Below, piece by piece: positions 48,161-61,990 of a stretch of DNA of 64,000 nucleotides. The DNA is from Camelus dromedarius (lineage: Eukaryota). The notes under the pieces were generated by a model. It did no database searches, was not told where the DNA came from, and worked only from the letters and a program-made list of their open reading frames with translations. The stretch lies in NCBI RefSeq assembly GCF_036321535.1, contig NC_087447.1, positions 40,922,001 through 40,986,000 on the forward strand, given 5' to 3'. Every line of letters starts with the position of its first letter. Within the stretch, counting starts at the first letter, position 1. The position numbers and the translations under genes are program-made.

Positions 48161-49235
48161 TGCCACCCGGCTGCCTGCATGGGATACAGAATTGCCCCAG
48201 GACATGCCAGGGCCCCCGGAAGCCAACCTCACGGGACTCCACGTGCTGCCAGGGCTGTAAACACTGCCCCCTGTTTCAATTCCCTGGTGAGCCTGACCTT
48301 CCAAACGTGACCATGGTGAGAGTGTGATTAATGAGCCAATTATTTCTGTGGAAGACATCGTGCAAAATAAATAGCCCATTTCCCTTCAATTTACTGTTTT
48401 AATAAATAAATAGCGCTCCACGCTCTGGTTTTGTTTATTGCTGCTCATACCTGAAAGTTTGTGATGAATCTTCACATTGCTCATTTCCAAAATTAATCAG
48501 ATCTGCCAGATGACTTTGAAATACAGGACCGCATTTGTCCTTCGATGTTAACAGCAAGACAGGCAGGTGGAACCCCGAGGGAAGGCGGGTCGCGGGGAAG
48601 GTTGAGCAGAGGGCAGGATGCGTGGGGCTCTGGGCCCATGGCCGTGGAGACCCAAGAGCCTACGTGGGAGAAACACCGTCAGGGAGGCTCAGAACGTGGC
48701 TTTCTGGTTAACAGTTCACGGAAAACCACCAAGAGGGACAAGGGCAGAGAAGGGGCAGAAATTTTTTCCTCTGCTTCAAACTTGGGTAGCTTGGGGATAT
48801 TGAACACGTGCAGTGTGTCCAAACTCCACTGAATGGGCCAAGCTCAGAAAGGCCTTCACCTCCTCTCTGGAGGTCACAACTGATCGCAGAGTCACATACT
48901 CAACTGGATATGAATCTGAGCCATTTCACTCTCACTGAATAGCTCTGAGACCTTGTGCAAGTTATTGATCCCATCTGACCCTCTTCCTTTCCTCCTGTGT
49001 GAAATGGGCACTTGATCTTGGACTTGATCGTGGACTACTGTGAGACAGTGCCTGGCTGTCTTTTGTGGATCCCTCTGGGCTGTGCAGGCACAAAGCAAAA
49101 GGGACCTAGTATTTGGGTATGTGTGTGGCCCCTCCCTGAGACTCTGCTCACACATGAACTCATCTTTAAAACCTTGGGACTCCCACTCTCATAAACAAAA
49201 CGCCAACATCCAGTTTGCCTGTGTGAGCGTGTGGG

Positions 49236-49238
<3 letters not shown>

Positions 49239-49278
<40 letters not shown>
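49239..49278. repeat. (GT)20 microsatellite
   Basis: Read directly; a second compound (GT)/(GC) tract lies at 49466-49514. Confidence 0.97.
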
Positions 49279-49281
<3 letters not shown>

Positions 49282-49729
49282 AGCAGGAGTAGGAGGGCAG
49301 CTGTGAAGTGTTTGTGAGGGTGGGGTGGGGTGTTTGCTTGAGTGCAGGAGCATATGTGCATAAAGGTGCCATTAATGTCCCCAAGTGATGCTTGGGGACA
49401 TGCTATAGAATAAGCCTGTATGACTGAATATACATGTTTGTGTGCACCTGTGCACAGCCATGCTCTGTGTGTGTGCATGCGTGCATGTGCGTGTGTGTGT
49501 GTGTGTGTGTGTGTAGATAAGTTCGCTTTTTTGACACTGATGTGACTGTGCCTGTTTATTCCCCTTTCCATGTATTGTCTTCCCATCAAACAGTTCTTTG
49601 GAAAGTCTCCACTGATCCCTTGAAGTCATTCATCTCCCTGTGCTGTCCCTCCTGCTAGACTATGACAACCTTGAGGATAGTGACATCACATGATTTGTCT
49701 TTGTATCTTTCCTGGCTCAGTGCCTGTGT

Positions 49730-50570
49730 CCATTCAGCACCTGTGTGTCAGCATCTGCTGGGTGCCGTGTGCTGGGGATACAACCGTGAATGGAAAGAGA
49801 CCCAGTCACTACCCTTATAGAGCTTACAAGCTGGTCGAAAATGCAAATATTAGTCACGGGGTTAAACAAATAGGTAACATTGAACTGCAGTAAGTACTAA
49901 GAAGGAGACACACAGACTTCTGACAATATATAAAAGGCAAATTAGACTAGTCAGGGAAATGAGAGACAGATTCTGAGGAAGTAGCATTTCAGTTGAGCAT
50001 GTCGAGAAGCAGTCACTGGAATATGGATAAACGTCCTTCCATCCCAGGGACCAACAGGTGGAGAGGCAGGCGAGAGGGCCTGCAAGACAGCTAGTGTAGG
50101 AGGAGCTGAGAGAATGAAGGGGCAAAAGATGAGGGTGGAAGAGGTGGGACCCTCCCATGAGGGCCTCTGTAAGCTTTGTTAATGGTGGGGCCTGGATCTT
50201 CAGGGTGAGGGGAGCCACTGAGAAATTCTAAGCAGGCAGGTGACATGACCAGAGTTGTGTTCAACTGGAGGAAGGCAAGCCCTTTCCCATGTAGATCAAG
50301 TAGGAGGTAGGAATGACGGTAGCTGGGACTCGGGTCATGGCTGTGAAGATGGGGAGAAGAATTTCCAGAGATGTAGCAGGTGAAGCAGGCAGAGTTTGGC
50401 AGGGCTTGAATATGAGCGTGAGGAAAAGAAGGATTGAGGATTGAAAGAGGCACCATATTCCCTGGGATGGAGGATGCTTCCAGATGGGCTGGTTCGGGAG
50501 GGGAGATCCTGAAGTCGGTCTTAAACCTTCTGAGTCTGAAGGCCCTCAAGCAATGTCGAATGAGATGTCA
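49730..50570 (-). mobile_element. L2 fragment
   Basis: GTGCTGGGGATACAACCGTGAA...GGGAGCCACTGAGAAATTCTAAGCAGGCAGGTGACATGACCAGA. Confidence 0.7.
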
Positions 50571-52814
50571 GAAGAACCTGACAGTCTGACAGTGGGATGT
50601 GGGTGTCAGGTGTGCACACAGCAGGGGATTAATATTGCGGCCTAAATTGATGTTCGTGGCTTCTCTCTCTCTGCCACCATTTCTTTTCATCAAGAGATAA
50701 TGACGGTTCTTAGAAAATTTAGAAATAGACATGACTCACCTTGGATAGAGGCCTCGGAATGAGAAGGCTCTATAAACCCAAGTCATTATCAGCTGCCAGG
50801 TGTACAGAGTTTTACAGCTCACACGGGGCTCTAACTCATTTGAGCTTCACAATAACCTGGGATTATTACCTCCATTTGAGGTTACATGGTTTGTCCTGAG
50901 AAATCATGTATTGGATCAAGTGTAAACTACTTTCTTATTATCATCTGCCCTCTGAAAGAATTGAAGCTGCAAAAAGCTTCCCTTCTGAAACACGTGAATT
51001 CAATCCACTTTACACATACCCTTGAGCACAAATTTAAAAGGCAAGGAAAGGGCTACAAAGACACATAAGGAAAAGTCCCTGGCCTTGAGGAGATCATAGT
51101 CCAGAAAGCTAGAATCCCAGTTGATCGTAATATAGAGAAACAGTGTGGGGTAATGCTAGTTAAGACCCTTTTAAATAAAGTTTCTCTGATTACAAAAATA
51201 GTAGGTGTCTAGTATAAACAAACGCATAACACAGAACTGAAAAAGGAAAAGAAAAAGGATCCAAGATGCACCCAGAGGTAACCTTGTCCCTATTTTGTCT
51301 GTTTAATTTTGGCTTGTGTTTGTGACTGGACTTTTCAGTTATTTAAGTCAATGAATGGCCTTGCGTGTTTAAGCTGGTTTAGTTGGAGTTTCTGTAACTG
51401 GCAATTGGAAGAATCTTGACTGATGAGGTTACTTTGAGAATTGAATCAATTAAAGTATACAAAGTGCTTAACACAGTACCTGGAATATAGTAAGTACGCA
51501 ATAAACATTAACTGCCATTACTCCTACGGTTCAATCTATTGGATTGGTGGGTCAGGCACACAAAAGGCTGTTTACAAGAAATGTTGAGGAGCTTCCTGGG
51601 AGAAAACCCATCCTAAGGGAAGAGGAATCCAAGCACCTAAGATCCAGTAAGAAAGCCTTAGTCAGCAGGACATGGGGCAGTTCTGAGGACAGCCTGGTGT
51701 CTGCCCGTCAGAACTGTCTCCTGGCTCAGCTCTACCATAAGCCCTGGGGGGCACCCCTGTGGAGGGGTGGGTGAGATGGAACAGGGAAGCCTGGAAGTAA
51801 GGCTGGAAGCTTCTAACTCCACCACTTGCTCTCTTCAGGGTGGCTGCTAACATCGCTCAGCACAGGAAGAGGAGAGATGCTCTCTCCTGCTTTGCAACAG
51901 AGCACGGGAACCTTTGTCCCTTTGTCGCCCCATGCTCAAAGGTCAGTTAGCGCTAGTTTGCTCTGAGGGACCCTTAGTCTCTTTAAGACATTGTTTCCAA
52001 GCATTCAACATAAGCAGGATAAGGGGGGGAAATACAATACAGGTTCTGTCTCAAGGGTTAATTATCTAAAGAAAAAAAGGATTTATGTGTGTATGAATGA
52101 CTCATCAAAATAGACCAACAACTGTGGTTTGCTCATATGAAGCTAATGGATCTTCATAAAATTTTAGCCATAACTTTGAGCTCATATGTCCCATCTGTTA
52201 CCCCACTGAGTTAACCAGTGTCTCTGTGACATGCTGAGAACTGCCATTTCAGGAAGAACTAAACATGTTTGAGCTGACACTTATATAATTTTTCGTCTCC
52301 CAGGCTGGTCTACCTGGGAGAAAGGGCTATAATAAAACCAGCTCAAATGTCAGGAGCCTTTGTTGGAGATGTTCTTATTAACCCCTTCTCTCCCAGTGGA
52401 GATGGCCCTTGCCCAGCTCACCCCTGAGACCTGGCCTCAGCACTTCTTTGGAGGAGGCAGGGGAAACAGATTTGACCTCTAGCTTGTCTGAACCATCTTT
52501 TACCTGTTCTCTCCAGTCCTCCCCTGATCTATCAGCAAGAGCATTCAGGTCTTACCTCTTGTTGACTTTCTCAACCCTGCACATTGCAAAGCAATCCTCC
52601 CTTTATGACAAGTCCAAGTTTCATGCCTTAATTCCTTGTATAAACCCCTTGTTTATACCCAAGTCTGAAAAGCTCCATCTCGGTCGGAACTTTGACAGCT
52701 CTGAGTCAGGCTAAATTCTCTTGCAGTTTCAGGAGGATAATAGCGTGCATAGTAGTTTAAAGCACAGATCAAAGAAATTATAAGAGGAGGGTATGTACAA
52801 CTCGGTGGCAATGC

Positions 52815-53190
52815 TTTTGATACTTTTTTTCGGAGCACACATATTAAGGATTGTTACATCTTCTCGGAGAATTGACATCTTTATCATTATGTAATGTTCC
52901 TCTCTATCCCTGATAAATTTCCTTGGTCTCAAGTCATTCAGTATGAAATTAATATAGCCATTTCTGCTTTCTTTTCATTGGTGTTAGCATGGTATATCTT
53001 TCTCTAATCATTTACTTTTAATCTATGTGTCTTTATATTTAGTGGTTTCTTGGGCCTTGTTTTTTGATCCAGTTTGACAGTCTTCCAGTTGGTGCCTTCA
53101 GATCATTGACATTCAAAGTGATTACTGATGTGGTTGAATACCTACCACATTTGTTACAGTATTCCATCCACTGCCCTTGTTCTTTGTCTA
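52815..53190 (-). mobile_element. Old L1 fragment from the ORF2 endonuclease region
   Basis: Minus strand reads IRDREEHYIMIKMSILREDVTILNMCAP, resembling L1 EN KRDKEGHYIMVKGSIQQEELTILNIYAP. Disrupted. Confidence 0.8.
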
Positions 53191-56100
53191 TCAATTACAG
53201 TTCAGGTTTCCCTACCCCAGCACTGGTCCCCACTGGGGAACCTTGGAGACAGCTGTCTAAAGTACTAGACATGATCCTCGATTTCTGAACTCTCTCCATC
53301 TGCCCCCACACCAGCTACCTCAGGCACCCACCTGTCCCCAAAGCAGAAGGCCACACATGAGATGATACCATCACCAGGTGCAGACAGGGTCTGCCAGGTA
53401 CAGAGTCAGCTCTGCTTGGGGGAGACCCGCCAGAACTGGGGGGTTCTGGTCTGTCACCTTGGCTGTGCTGATGGTGCGTCTTCAAATGGCAGCTCCCCTA
53501 AATGAAGAGATAGCTGTTTAGCTACAATACTCAAACCCAATTTGGGAACCCAGATGACACAGCTCCAGTTCATTGGCAGGAATTATGGCTCTTGAATCAG
53601 GCACAATCTGCAGAATAAGTGAAATTGTCGACACAGAGAAATGTGTTTGAAAACACGACGTGATCTACAGTTAGAGCCTGTGGATTCTGCATCCACCTCA
53701 GAAATAGTCCACTTCCAGAGCAATTTATTCACTAACTAGCTCTCTCTTGAATGGACCATATGTCTTTTTCATTACCATGGCAGCCCTGACTCCATTGGCA
53801 GCCGTTCCCAGCGGCTGGGCCCACTGATTTCCCATCCACAGGCCCAAACCTGCCCAGGTCCTGGGCCGTGACTCACAGAGACTCGTTAGGCCCACTATGT
53901 ACCCATCTTGGTCCCTGATGCCACCTCCCATCCGAGGGATTGTGATCGCTGAGGCCTGGGCTTACCGTGTTGACAACACGGTGCCCTGCTACCTGCCAGC
54001 TACCTGCCATGTGGACTCCTGGGCACCACTGACCTGGATTCCCCAACATGGTGCTATGTTGGGATTCAGTCACCATTTCATGCATTCACCTATTTACTCA
54101 ACAAATAATTATAAAGCATCTGCTAAGGCTATGTACCTTCCTGTGCTCTAGGGACATGGTGGTAAACAAGATGGTTTAATTTCTCCTCTCAGGGGTGGTG
54201 GGCCAGGATGGCCACATGAGGCCCAGCACAAGACAAGTATGATGTCCTCAGTTTCCATCTGTGCAGAATGGGGTAAGGAAACAAACGCTTGTGGCCACAG
54301 TCGAAGGAAGTGGCTGCCATTAGGAGTCCCATATGAAGCTGGGTCTCCTGTGACTTATGCCCACAGCCACTATATGTCCTGGCATGAAACTGATCACAAT
54401 ACATGCTGCCCTTGTTTTCTGGTCTGCCCCCACCCTGGGCTGACAGTTTCAGAAGGCCAAGGCAGTGTCCGTATCACCTAGTCTGTCTAGTCCACAGACA
54501 CAGGTCACTCGGCCATTCTTGCCAGACTGGGGACAAATACTGGGTTATCTGCGTCGCTTTGGTTGTGGTCTCTCCCCTAGGTGGGCGTCCTTGTTTCACC
54601 CACTTCAGGCCATGGGCAGATGTGGACGCTTGCACCTTGGTCTGGGTCCAGCACCCTAGGCCCTCGCACCTAATTTCCCGAGTCCAGTTCCAGGAGATCT
54701 TCGTCTGCATGACTGGACCAGTTTGGCCATGCCAGCCCACAGTCCCTGGGCTTGCCACACACAGGCTCTTCCAATGCTGGGCTCCTCCACTCAGTTTTCT
54801 GCTGCCCTCCCTCATGGCCACTTCCCTGGGCTGGGCAGCACCTGTCCACAGCCACTTCTGGGCCTGTAGCAAGGAGAGGAGAGAACTGAGTGTTGGGCCA
54901 GTAGACACATGGTCCAGAGTACTTCCTGGAGGTGCAAAGCTGGGCCACAGAGCTGGCCTGGGAGTCGTGCATGTGGCAGGTGTAACACAGCCACCCTAGG
55001 AATAGATACCACTATGGTCCTCCGCCAGGAACGCCAGTCCAGGAGCAGATGAGATTGGCGGGTGCCCAAGCAGGAAATTCTCAGCAAAGAACCCCAAATT
55101 TGAGATCATGCCATTCAGTTTTAAAGAGGCATAGGATGAGACTTTCTTCGTAACACCTTTGGAGCATGCCAGAGACATGGCAAAGCCAAAGGCCCTTGAA
55201 GAGTCATGCAAGATCTAGGTGACAAGTTATGTTGGAGCACTGTTACAGTAACAATGGACTTTGGAGAAGGCATTTTATAAGGAAGATGCTTAATAACAAC
55301 AATGGTAGTTAATCCAAACATGCCTGCTGTGACCCCGACATTAATATGTGGGGCATTTGGATTAGCTACTAAGTGTATTAGCCCATTTAAACCCATAATG
55401 TCAGTGCTATTAGTATTATGCCTATTTTACTGTTGAGAAAACTGAGGTACACATGGTCAGTGGAAAGAGCCTCATATTCACCAGAGCTGCTATTGCTTGT
55501 AGTAAGAAAGGCAGCTAGAAAACAGAAATATCAGAATTCTGCAGTGACTCCAAGGAGGACAAGGCCTCCAGATCCTAGTGGGATGTCAGATGAGGACGCA
55601 CAGGAGAATTTGAGAATGAGAGGTGACGGTTTCAGAAATGCTTCTACAGTTGGTCTCCTTGTATTCTTCACACCTCTTCTCAGAAAGAGGCAAATCTAGG
55701 CAGCATTCCCTGCCTTGGCTTCACGTGTAGAATCGCCTGGGGAGATTTTAAAAGTCATGATGCCCAGACCAATTGAATCAGAATCTCTGGGGGCTGGACG
55801 CAGGTATCAGGATAATTTAAAGCCCCCACTGATTTAAGGCAAGATCTGACCCCCCGTGGAAAACTTTATAGCTCCAAGTGAGGTGAATGTGGCAGTTCAA
55901 ACCCTGATCAGCAAAAATGTGAGCAGCTAATCACAAGTCACCTGGTCCGAGAGAGCTGCCTTAGAAAGGAGGTCACAGACGGCACGTTGATGAGAAGCAC
56001 GTGGCTGCCAGTGGGGTCAGAGAACACGCAACCTGAGTCCTGTCAAGCAGGATGGGATTTCAGCATGGCTTGAAAACCTCAAAGGCAATATCTGCAGATA

Positions 56101-56465
56101 GCAGGCTCAAGGTATTTGATCCACAGAGAGGGGAAGAGATTTTGAAGAACCTCAGATGCTGCTGATGAGGTAAGTGCCTCCACGGGTAGACCCGAAGCTC
56201 CACAAACAGAGTGTGCGCAGCCCCAGGAGCAGTCAGTCCTTCAGTGCCTGGGCAGAGCCTGCGATATTCTCCTCCAGGATGCAGGGTCCCCTGTAGCAGC
56301 CCCAGGGCACATCACATGTGCTTAAAGTCTGACGTCAGAGCAGAAAATAAACATGCTTTGAAGCGGAAATTCCTGGCTTTGAAATCTTTCCTGACACTCG
56401 CTAACTCTGAACCTAATCACCCGCTCTGAGACTTTGCTTCTTTTTCTGTAAAAGGGGATCATTAA

Positions 56466-56880
56466 TTCATTCAACAAGTATCTATTGAGCATTTGCTATA
56501 TTCCAGGCCCTGTTTTAGACGCAGGGGATAGAGTGGGAAACAACATAGATGAAAGCCCTGTTTTCTTGGAGCTTTTATGTTGTTTAAGGGAAACAGATGA
56601 TAAACTAACAAATAAGTAAAATATATAGCACGACAGAAGGTTGTAAGTGCTGTGAAGTTATATAAGACAGAGAAAGGAGATAAGGATGCTGGGGTGGCGA
56701 GGTAATGCAATTCTATAGGATGGTCAAGGAATACCTCCCGGAGATGATGACATCTGAGCAACAACCTGAAGAAAAGAAGGAAGGAAGCCAGGCAGAGATC
56801 TAGGGGAAGAGTGTTTTAGGCAGAGTAAGCAGCACATGCAAAGGTCCTGAGGTGGGAAGGTGCCTGGTGTGCTCTGCTTG
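56466..56880 (-). mobile_element. L2 3' fragment
   Basis: TTCATTCAACAAGTATCTATTGAGCA...CAGCACATGCAAAGGTCCTGAGGTGGGAA. Confidence 0.85.
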
Positions 56881-57769
56881 GGAATAGAATTATTCATCTT
56901 CGGGGGGGGGGTGTATGTATACATAGGATTTTGGGGAAAGTATGAAAATAACTTAGGAATCCCCAACAGACTGAATAATTTGAGAATCATCCTTCCCCAC
57001 AGGAAGGGCTGTCACTTCTGAGTGGCAAAGAGTGAGCAATTTGTAGCTCAGTTGCTGGCCTTTATGAGTGAATCCAGGCCCAGACAAGAGCTAAATGCCC
57101 TGCATATTAATAATGGGGGTCACTGTTTGGTAAAGCAATGAGGCCAAAACTTCCTTCCAAGAAAAATATCCTTTTCTCAAATGGATCTGTGCTAGGTTGT
57201 CTCCAAGAAAAAGTAGTGCTCCCCGTGGAGAGATGCGCTTGCTTCTCACATGAGCCTGTGGGGAAATCAGACACAGCCCCTGGGGGTGGAGAGGTGGAAG
57301 GAGATCATGGCACCACCCAAAGGCATCCTGACCCCACTGTCCCAGGCACAGAGGAACCCACACTCTATCAGCCTCAAGAAAGCCTACAGCACTCCAGTTT
57401 ACAAAACCTAAAGGATCTGAAGGGTGGAGCTTCATCTTCTTGCAAGGAAACAAGGGTGAGGACAAAACTCAATGGACTTGAATGGAACCAAGAGAGAGAT
57501 CTGGAGACCTTTTTGCAGGCTACCTCTGAGGACCCTGCCCTGCACGCACAGGGAAATGATCACGTAAGTTACAAACTCTACACTCCCAACAGGACACTGC
57601 TCTTCCAAAACCACCTGGCCCATCAGTAAAACCTTCCTACGCCTCCATCATGATCCAGTGTGGCAAAGACTGGTGAGCCTTGGGTACCAGGAGAGGAGAC
57701 ATACCTCCTCCTCAACCATTTTGTGGTGATTTGGGGGCAAGAGGGCTAGCAGGGCATTGTCCCCCTGCT

Positions 57770-58110
57770 TTGTTAGCATTGGTGAGCTAAGCTCCAGTAA
57801 CAAACTGGATCCCAGATCTCAGCGGCTTAACACAGCTTGGCATGGGACAGGTGCCTCCCCTGGGGGCCTCTACCTCCAAGCAGTGTCGTGGATCAAATGC
57901 CTTTCATCATGGACTCCACCCAACTGGAGTCCTTTGCTTCCAGCTAGGTAGAAGGGGAAAGAGAGAAAGAGTGGGTGGATGTACGTGGAGTTTTATGGAC
58001 AGGACTGAAAGTGGCATATATCATACATTCCCATTAGTTAGAACCCAGTCTGAGGACACATGCAACTGCAAAGGAAATCGTGGAATATAATTTTCCTATG
58101 TTCCCACACT
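57770..58110 (-). mobile_element. Old MLT1-type LTR fragment
   Basis: ATCTCAGCGGCTTAACACAG...CATTCCCATTAGTTAGAACCCAGTC...AACTGCAAAGGAAA. Confidence 0.55.
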
Positions 58111-60109
58111 AGCACTGTTTTTGCCACACCCCATTTGTGACCACTGGGTAAAATCATTGCTAGTTAAAGCCAGCAGAAGAGGGACCTGCCATCAGCATGG
58201 GCAGGAAAAGCCCGTGATTAGATCATCCCGTTTTTCCTCCGTGTGTTAGCTCTAGCACTCCTTCAAACATGAATGACAAATTAATGAATTCCAGGCTCAG
58301 CATCAAAGTCATGGTGGAGATGGAGGTAATCACACCTGAGGTCTGTCCTGATTTCATTTTGTCTGGAGTTTCAGAGGCTGTGTGCGAGCTTTGGCTCAAG
58401 TGCTGATGTAAAATCATCCCAAAATACCCATTCTCAGATCTGAAGCTCTATTAGCCCTTGGTCCAGAAAACTCAAGCAGCTACGGACTAGCAGATACGGG
58501 TACAGTCCAGAGCAAAAAGGTAGCATTCGATCTATTCCACATTTGTGACAGTAAATAGCCAACCAATATCCTCAGAAAGTCAAGAATGTAGGTTAGAGCC
58601 TTTTTGCTCTTGATGCAAATTACCTCTATCTGATTCCAGCTTAACCCAATCCAGCCCATCTTCACAATTGAAACTAATGCCTTCAATACTTGATGGGACC
58701 CTCTTGTCCTAAAGAGACTCTGCTCTGGGGACTAGCACCCCACCACCCATGCCAAGAAATCCTCCAACCTAAGGACCCTGTAGCCACCAGATTCTGGCTA
58801 TAACTAATAGAAGCCATCCCATAATGCTTAATCATAGTGGCGTTTCTGAGAGTTCTTGGGCCATGCAAGCTGTGTCTCAAGACCATCTAACCAGGGAAAG
58901 ACAGAAAGGAGAATGTCTTCAGGGGCTTCTGTCTCCCACTGGTCAACATTCAGCTGTATGGGACACTCACACCCTTGCGCTTGTGTGGGTACAGAATGAG
59001 GTTTTACAGTGGCATCAACAGGGCAGACCCAGGATAGGAGGCAACTGACACATGCGCATACCTAAAGTGAGAAACTGTCAGGCTGTACCCATGAGAAACT
59101 GATCAAGTCTCATGTGGGACTGGTCATCACAAGAGCAGCTGTAACAAGAGAAAGGTGGTGCTGACAAGCATTGCGTAAGAGGATTTGGATCCACAGGAGC
59201 TCAACAATGGTATCTATTGTTGTTATGATTATCATTATTATCATTACGAGCTAGCCACGGACACCAGTCCTTGAACTCTTCCCTGGAGTCCAGTGCTCCG
59301 GATTTCCACCTTGGGCCAGATAAAAGCTGTCTTTTATAGGCTTACCTTGGGCTGACTCCCACCCCAACTCCAAGGGCAAACTAATTGGAAGCCCGGGGAA
59401 CACTAAGGATGCTGGGGCTCCTGACTGTTGCTATGCTGAACCCCTTCCAATGACCAAGGGAGAGCTCCAGCAAGATGAGCTCTGCCCTGCTACTCTGACA
59501 GTCTGTGTCAGACTTCCAGGAATTGTACTTTAACTTGGTCTAAAGCACCATAGTTAAGAAATGCAATTAGCTGTCAGACAGTCCCGTCCCTGGGAGGCCA
59601 TCAGTCAGAAGCCTAGGCTGCTTGTGGCTCTGTTTCTTGCTAGAGTTTGTCCATTTGCCTCCATTGTGAGCACAGCATAAAAATTTAACTCTAAAGAGAT
59701 GGCTTCAAATTGGTGAGTAAGGATATCATTACCCACCCTTACAGGACTCCATATATTTTTTGTTCTACGGGGTAGCTGGTGATTAGAGATAAGGGGAGAA
59801 CAGATAAGGGAGATGTGAAGCTTGATGCAATGAGAAGCACACTTTACTGCAAAGTACAGAGGGCTGGAAGACACCACCACACACCTGTGTCCTTGAGTCC
59901 TTGAGGCAGACAGTTGGAAAGACCCCTTGGGTGTCACGCTCACAGGGGTGGGCATCAATCCTCTCCTGCAACACCCAGATACTTGGGTTCAGGCTCTGCT
60001 GCCAGAGGGTGAACAATGATCCCCTTACCTGCTGTCCACAGAAACAAGCCTACTGACCAGCAGCTGTCCTTCCTGGCTTGACTAAGGCCAAATATATAAA
60101 ATCAGTGGT

Positions 60110-60345
60110 AATTGTGGGTGTAATGGTTAGAGCTCTAGCTCTGGACTCTCCCTTTGAGTCCTGGCTCTGCCCTAACTAGGTAATGGTTTAACCTCTTACT
60201 TTCTTAGTTTTCTCATATGCAAAATGGAAGGAATGATTATAGATCTCCCATAGTGGAGTTATGGGGTTTAAATGAGATAATACGTGCAAAGTGCATGTAA
60301 ATGTGGCTAGCACATATAAAAGGCCCTGAAAAACACTAGCTATTC
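60110..60345 (+). mobile_element. MIR SINE
   Basis: GTGTAATGGTTAGAGC...TTAGTTTTCTCATATGCAAAATGG...TTAAATGAGATAATACGTGCAAAGTGC. Confidence 0.75.
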
Positions 60346-60630
60346 TTCTTGCTAACAGTCATCAAGTTGGCATATAGACCTCACTATAACCCAGACAGCA
60401 TGTTATGGGTGTAAGTCCTCACACTTATCCGGTGTTCTCTGTCATTTCAATATCCCATTGGAGAAACTAAGATGTAGAGAGTGACTTTACCGAAGGAACC
60501 CAGCTGATTTCTGCAGGAAAGCTCTTACACAAGAGGTCTTTTTCCCTCTCATCTGGGCCCCTGCCATACCCTGTAACATCTGCATGATGGCACTTATTGT
60601 CATGATCCATTTACCACTTTGTCTTTCTCG

Positions 60631-61190
60631 AAGAGGTTAGCAAAGTATAGTCCTTGGGCCAAACTGGGTTTCTCAGGGACAGTTTTATTGGAACACAGTC
60701 ATGCCTATTTGTTTCCATATTGTCTGTAGCTGCTTTCATGCTGCAATGGCAGAGTTGAGTAATTGCAACAGAGCCCATATGGTCCACAAAGCTAAAAATA
60801 TTTGCAGTCAGCCCTCCATATCTGTGGGATCTGCATCCAAGTAACCACAGATCAAAAGTATATTTTAAAAAAAGTTCCAGAAAGTTCCAAAAAGCAAAAC
60901 TTGAATTGGCTGCAACTATTTACATAGCATTTACATTGTATTTACAACTATTTACATAGCATTTACATTGTATTAGGTATTGTAAGTAATCTAGAGATGA
61001 TTTAAAGTATGTGGGGGATGTGCTCAAGTTATGTGCAAATACAACACCATTTTATATAAGGGACTTGAGCATCTGTGGATTTTGGTATCTACAGTGGTGG
61101 TGGGGAGGTGTCCTGGAACCAATGGCCTGAGGAAACCGAGGAATGACTGTACTATCTAGCCCTTTACAGAAAAAGATCGCCGGCCTCTGC
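60631..61190. mobile_element. MER58A-like hAT MITE interrupted by a MER2-like element
   Basis: GTTTTATTGGAACACAG...CACAAAGCTAAAAATATT, then the insert, then TACTATCTAGCCCTTTACAGAAAAAG. Confidence 0.8.
60805..61149 (-). mobile_element. MER2-like TcMar-Tigger MITE
   Basis: Terminal inverted repeats CAGTCAGCCCTC / GAGGAATGACTG; flanked by TG on the left and TA on the right. Confidence 0.8.
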
Positions 61191-61799
61191 ATTAGCTTGT
61201 GAGCTTCCTAAAGTAGGACTCATGTCTTCCATCTCTGTACCCCTTCATCTTGGCACATGATGGAGGCTAAGTAGGTGCTGAATGAGGGAATGAGGGATCA
61301 CGTGGCAGACTTGAATGGATGTCATTTTCTAAGGAACGACCCCCTCAGGAACTCAGTGTCAGGATCTGAGCCCCACCCAGATCTTGGGAAGCTCCACAGC
61401 TCTGTGGTGCTGCCAACTGCCTAGTGGTCCCCACAGGTGACCTTGAGACAGAACCAGCAGCAGGTCACCACATCATCACCCAGCACCACTCACAGCCCCT
61501 CAAATGAAGGGACAAGCATCTTCTTCAAAGGAAACGCCTCTTAAATCCTTACTCGTGAAATGGAAAAGATGTCGCTGGGTACGGTTTGGAGAGCCGTACC
61601 TCACTCCTTTCTGCCCACTGCCTTCCGCCCCCAGCTTAGGTGCTGTGCCTTTCCTTAGAAGTCTCATGAACTGAATCAGAATTTGCCCTCCTGCCTGAGG
61701 CAGACTGTCCCACAGTGATCACTTTAGCCTCCTGTTGGAAAACAACAACCTCAAAAACCAAAAACACAAACCAACAAAACCCCCAGCTACCATTCCAAG

Positions 61800-61990
61800 C
61801 CGCTTCCCTGTGCCAGACACCATGCCACAGACTCTACATGGTCAACACCAGTTGACCTCGGAGGGGAAGTAGACTTTATCATTCCTATTTAAAGATGAGG
61901 AAATTGAGGCTCTGGAAGGGTGAAGCCACCTGCCCAAGGTTACTAAGTGGTAAATACTGGAAGTGAGATGGAAACCCTCTCGTCTTACGT
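61800..61990 (-). mobile_element. MIR SINE
   Basis: AAAGATGAGGAAATTGAGGCTC...CCTGCCCAAGGTTAC. Confidence 0.75.

Noticed and set aside
52729..52932. Endonuclease-like ORF as an active or domesticated gene
   Set aside because: Short disrupted L1 ORF2 remnant; similarity is lost after ~30 residues and no reverse transcriptase region follows.
10170..54999. Longest ORFs (10170-10751, 21947-22537, 25117-25707, 37239-37811, 54403-54999)
   Set aside because: Low-complexity Pro/Ser/Gly/Leu-rich translations with no recognisable domain, some overlapping repeats; expected by chance in GC-rich DNA.
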